From NCBI RefSeq assembly GCF_036321535.1, contig NC_087436.1, positions 86,368,001-86,432,000 on the forward strand: DNA of 64,000 nucleotides. Reading direction: 5' to 3'. This stretch comes from Camelus dromedarius (lineage: Eukaryota). The position numbers and the translations under genes were made by a program. Shown here in pieces: positions 60,945 through 64,000 of the stretch. The notes beneath the pieces were generated by a model, which saw nothing but the letters and a program-made list of their open reading frames with translations, did no database searches and was not told where the DNA came from. Within the stretch, counting starts at the first letter, position 1. Every line of letters starts with the position of its first letter.

Positions 60945-62042
60945 TTATTTAGTCATTCATTCAGTAAACACTTAACATCTTCTATATGATATGTTTGTGA
61001 TACCACGTTGAATACAGCAGTATACTTGCTCTTAAGAAAATTAAATCTATAGTGGTTCCAAGACTAAGCCACTTACTATGAGAGAGATATATAGAAGAGG
61101 GATATCCACGTCATTCTTCAGGAAGAAGTGGGTGGAAAGCTGAGACAGTTTCAAAGAGGAAGTGATGGTAGAACAAAGTCTTAAAAGATGACTAACAGTT
61201 GGCCTTGGGGATGAGGAGGCAAAGGTAGAGAATAAGCAAAAGCCTTAGGTGTGCAAGCAGGTTATGTGAATCAGTCAGGGTCTCTGCGGGAGAACAGACA
61301 CCTCTCTAAGTACTTACAATAGAGGGAATTTAAAGCAGGGGATTGGCTATATGGTAGAGAGAGATGCTCAGAGTTAAACATGGGGATGGTGAAGCAATGC
61401 AGAAATTGGCATGTGCAGGAAGCCACCATCACTTCTGCGAGAGGGAGAAAGAACGGATCAGAAGCTGAAACAACAGTGGGGCTGCTTGATAAGAGCCGGA
61501 ATTATAGAAGAGACATACTTACTGCTGCAGGAGCCACCGAGGCAGCAAGGAGAGAAATACCCTGGTTCCTTCTTCTTCCTATCCTCCATTATTTCACCAG
61601 TGCCTCTTGCTGGCCTAACCCAACCAGCTTTGCCATCCGAAACAATGCAGCCTGCAAGGGTCAGTATGGTGAGGTTGGATTCAGGACAGACAGACCCAGG
61701 ACCCGTGATGCATCTTCGGGGGAACTGTATCACTAATGTGCAAAATTGATAGCCAACATTTATAGGCTTTTACTAAATGCCAGGAAGTATGCCAAGTGTT
61801 TTATATGCATTAACCTACTTACTTAGTATGGGTTAGGTTAGGTTAGTTACATAAAGATGAATGACAGAAGATGATGCTGCAATATGGAATTAAAAGCAAG
61901 GCTCACACCACAAAGAGCTTACTTATATCATCAAGGGTTTTGGACTTAGTCCTAAAGGCACTGGAGAGTCAATGAAAGCTTAGAAGCAGAGGAGTTATAT
62001 GATTCGACTTGTATTTCTGAAAGGTCATTCCATGACTGTGCT
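60945..62042 (-). mobile_element. L2 element interrupted by an LTR (61266-61710) and a MIR fragment (~61748-61825)
   Basis: tcattcattcagtaaacactt tail; resumes with aagggttttggacttagtcctaaaggcactggagag...aaaggtcattc. Confidence 0.65.
61266..61710 (-). mobile_element. Old ERVL-class LTR, subfamily uncertain
   Basis: tcagtcagggtc...agagggaatttaaagcaggggattgg...ccagtgcctcttgctggcctaacccaaccag. Confidence 0.55.
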
Positions 62043-62524
62043 TGAAGTTCTGAGCATTGCTAATTCACCACAGTAAATAATGGAGATATGACTAAAGAGA
62101 CTTAGGAGTGTGGCCAGCTTCTCTTCCCATTTTCTCTGTTCCTCTGCTTGGAGCAGACAGTGTCACTTCTGAACACTTGTGTCATCTGTTGACATACTGG
62201 GATCTTCGTTTACTTTAGCTTAGCAAAACTGGAGCAGTAGACTTTTAAAAAGCAAAATATTTATTACCAACCTATACAATAGTTATGATAGTTAATGCAT
62301 TAATATATTACTTCATTAGCACAATTCCAGAGGAATGTACATCCTAGCAATGTTTTGGAGATAGTTCTGGTTTATCTGGTAGTCCCTTAAAGCATACATG
62401 GTACTTATGATTTGGTTTTTAGCTTTTAAAATAAATCAGTGTTATTTGTCATTGGGTGTGGAGGTGGCAGCTGGAGACAGAACCTCAGATTAACTTGAAG
62501 TGTTGACACAGTGTTATCACAGAG

Positions 62525-62695
62525 CCAAGACTTATGGCCCTAGAAGAGACATTTAGAGATTCTTTTTTTTCCAAAAACCTTTTTACAATGAGAAAAGTGA
62601 CCCCACGCAGATAAAGCCACTAGCCCAAGGATTTGAAAGTGGCTAGTGGAGGTAGGGCTACAACCAAGACTCCAGGGTCACCTCCTTTTACACTT
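62525..62695 (-). mobile_element. MIR/MIR3 SINE
   Basis: ctagaagagacatttagagatt...ttttacaatgagaaaagtga...gcccaagg...gctagtgg. Confidence 0.6.
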
Positions 62696-62739
62696 GGCTT
62701 TACTGCCAAGGTGTCTAGAGCTAATAAGAAGTTGCCACT

Positions 62740-63308
62740 TTTAGAAATATTGCTCAGATGATGAAAATCTCATCTCACACAAATGTAAGCAAAAAGAGAG
62801 TTTATTGGCTCAGGAAGCAGTTTAGGAGAGATTCCAGTTTCAGGCATGGGTCGGTCTAGGGACTTACTGTAGGAGTCAGGACTCAGCCACTTTCTATTTC
62901 TTGAATCTGCCTTCCTGCAAGTAGGTTTCATTCAGACCGGCTCCTCCCATAGTGGGATAAGGAGGAGACCAAAGTCCAGGCTCACAACCTGTCAGCATCC
63001 CTAGTGAGAAGAACTTACCTCTTTCCTAATAATAAAGAAAAGTCTAGGAATCGAATCTTAATGGTCTAGCTTTGGTCGTGTGCCCATCCATGAACCAATC
63101 ACCGTAGCCAAGGGGAATGAAATGCTCTGATTGGCTAGGTCCAACTCCTATCTCTGTAGTGTCAGAGGGTGGTCTTAGTACCTCCATCCTCAAATTACAG
63201 ATTTGGAGAGGGAGGGCAGTAAGATTCCTTGAAGAAAATCAAAGTTCCATCAACCCAAGAAGAGAGAGTGGGTGCTGGGCAGGCACAAAACTAAGATGTA
63301 TTCTAGAC
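62740..63308 (-). mobile_element. MLT1K-like LTR
   Basis: tttattggctca...ttcaggcatgg...gtgtgcccatccatgaaccaatcaccgtagccaagggg...tgctctgattggct. Confidence 0.8.
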
Positions 63309-63679
63309 GCTGAGACGTGTGTTGAGTAACAGAGTGGATTTCTAGATAACATTGGTGAGGTTTTCCTGTTGGCTATTACCCTGTTGTAGGAAATAATCCC
63401 CTTTGGACAAAATGAATTTCTCCTGTGCAAAAGCACATGTACCCCTATGGAATTCAGAGAAGCTAGTTGTTTCATGCTCTGTGATAAATTAGCAGAAGCA
63501 AACCAACTCTAGTAAGCAAAAATATATAGGATTTTATTCCACTGTAACTTAAGTCTCACTGCTTCTATTCACTGCCTCTGCTCTTTTTGTTCAAAAATGC
63601 ATAAAGAATAGCCATGGAGGTTTGATGAAGCATTGTCTAAAAGCCACTATCTTCCCTCAGAGAGCAGAGATGAATGGAA

Positions 63680-64000
63680 AATTTTGTAAGCATGATTCTA
63701 AGGCAGAAACCTTTTTTTTTTTAATCTGAAAAAAATTTTTTTTTATTATATGGCAAAAATCTTAAAGAAATATATAACTTGTATTAAAAGCTGATAAAGA
63801 ATATCTTTTACAAGTAAAGGGCTCTTATGAAGAAAAAGAGGAATACTGTAATAGAAAAAAATGGAGTAAGGGCATGAATACTAAGTTAACATAAAGAAAA
63901 TGAATGGACAATACATATATGAAAAATAATTGATCTCACAGGTAATTAAAGAATGCAAAGTAAAACAACAGTGAGACACCACTTGTACATGATCTGATTA
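63680..64000 (+). mobile_element. Old L1 ORF2 fragment running off the window end
   Basis: aatagaaaaaatgga...gggcatgaa...gtaattaaagaatgcaaagtaaaacaacagtgagacaccac. Confidence 0.7.

Noticed and set aside
1..64000. Prokaryotic or viral novel system (CRISPR array, operon, defence island)
   Set aside because: The sequence is mammalian repeat-rich DNA with no gene-dense region, no regularly spaced repeat-spacer array and no long conserved-looking ORF.

Overview
Mammalian, AT-moderate, repeat-rich non-coding DNA with no complete protein-coding gene, rRNA, true tRNA, CRISPR array or prokaryote-type system. Three tRNA-Ala(AGC)-derived SINEs of the Vic-1 type plus cetartiodactyl-type L1 3' ends point to a camelid (alpaca/vicuna/llama/camel). 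A large part of the window is recognisable transposon relics: MIR, L2, old and young L1, a near full-length HAL1, MaLR/ERVL LTRs, and hAT and Tigger MITEs. None of the listed ORFs looks like a host protein; the only recognisable peptides are decayed L1 fragments. The two best signals are (1) a candidate 3-nt AAG microexon or recursive splice site on the minus strand at 55-57, with a long AG-free pyrimidine tract, a UGC motif and a perfect GTAAGT donor, suggesting the window is a long intron of an unidentified minus-strand gene, and (2) a ~290-bp L1-mediated retrocopy of an unknown polyadenylated RNA 3' end, with AATAAA, poly(A) and a 17-bp TSD, inserted in a Tigger1 MITE at 43646-43967. I found no evidence of a novel biological system. 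Repeat subfamily names are by-eye matches to remembered consensus sequences, and boundaries are approximate unless a TSD or TIR is quoted.
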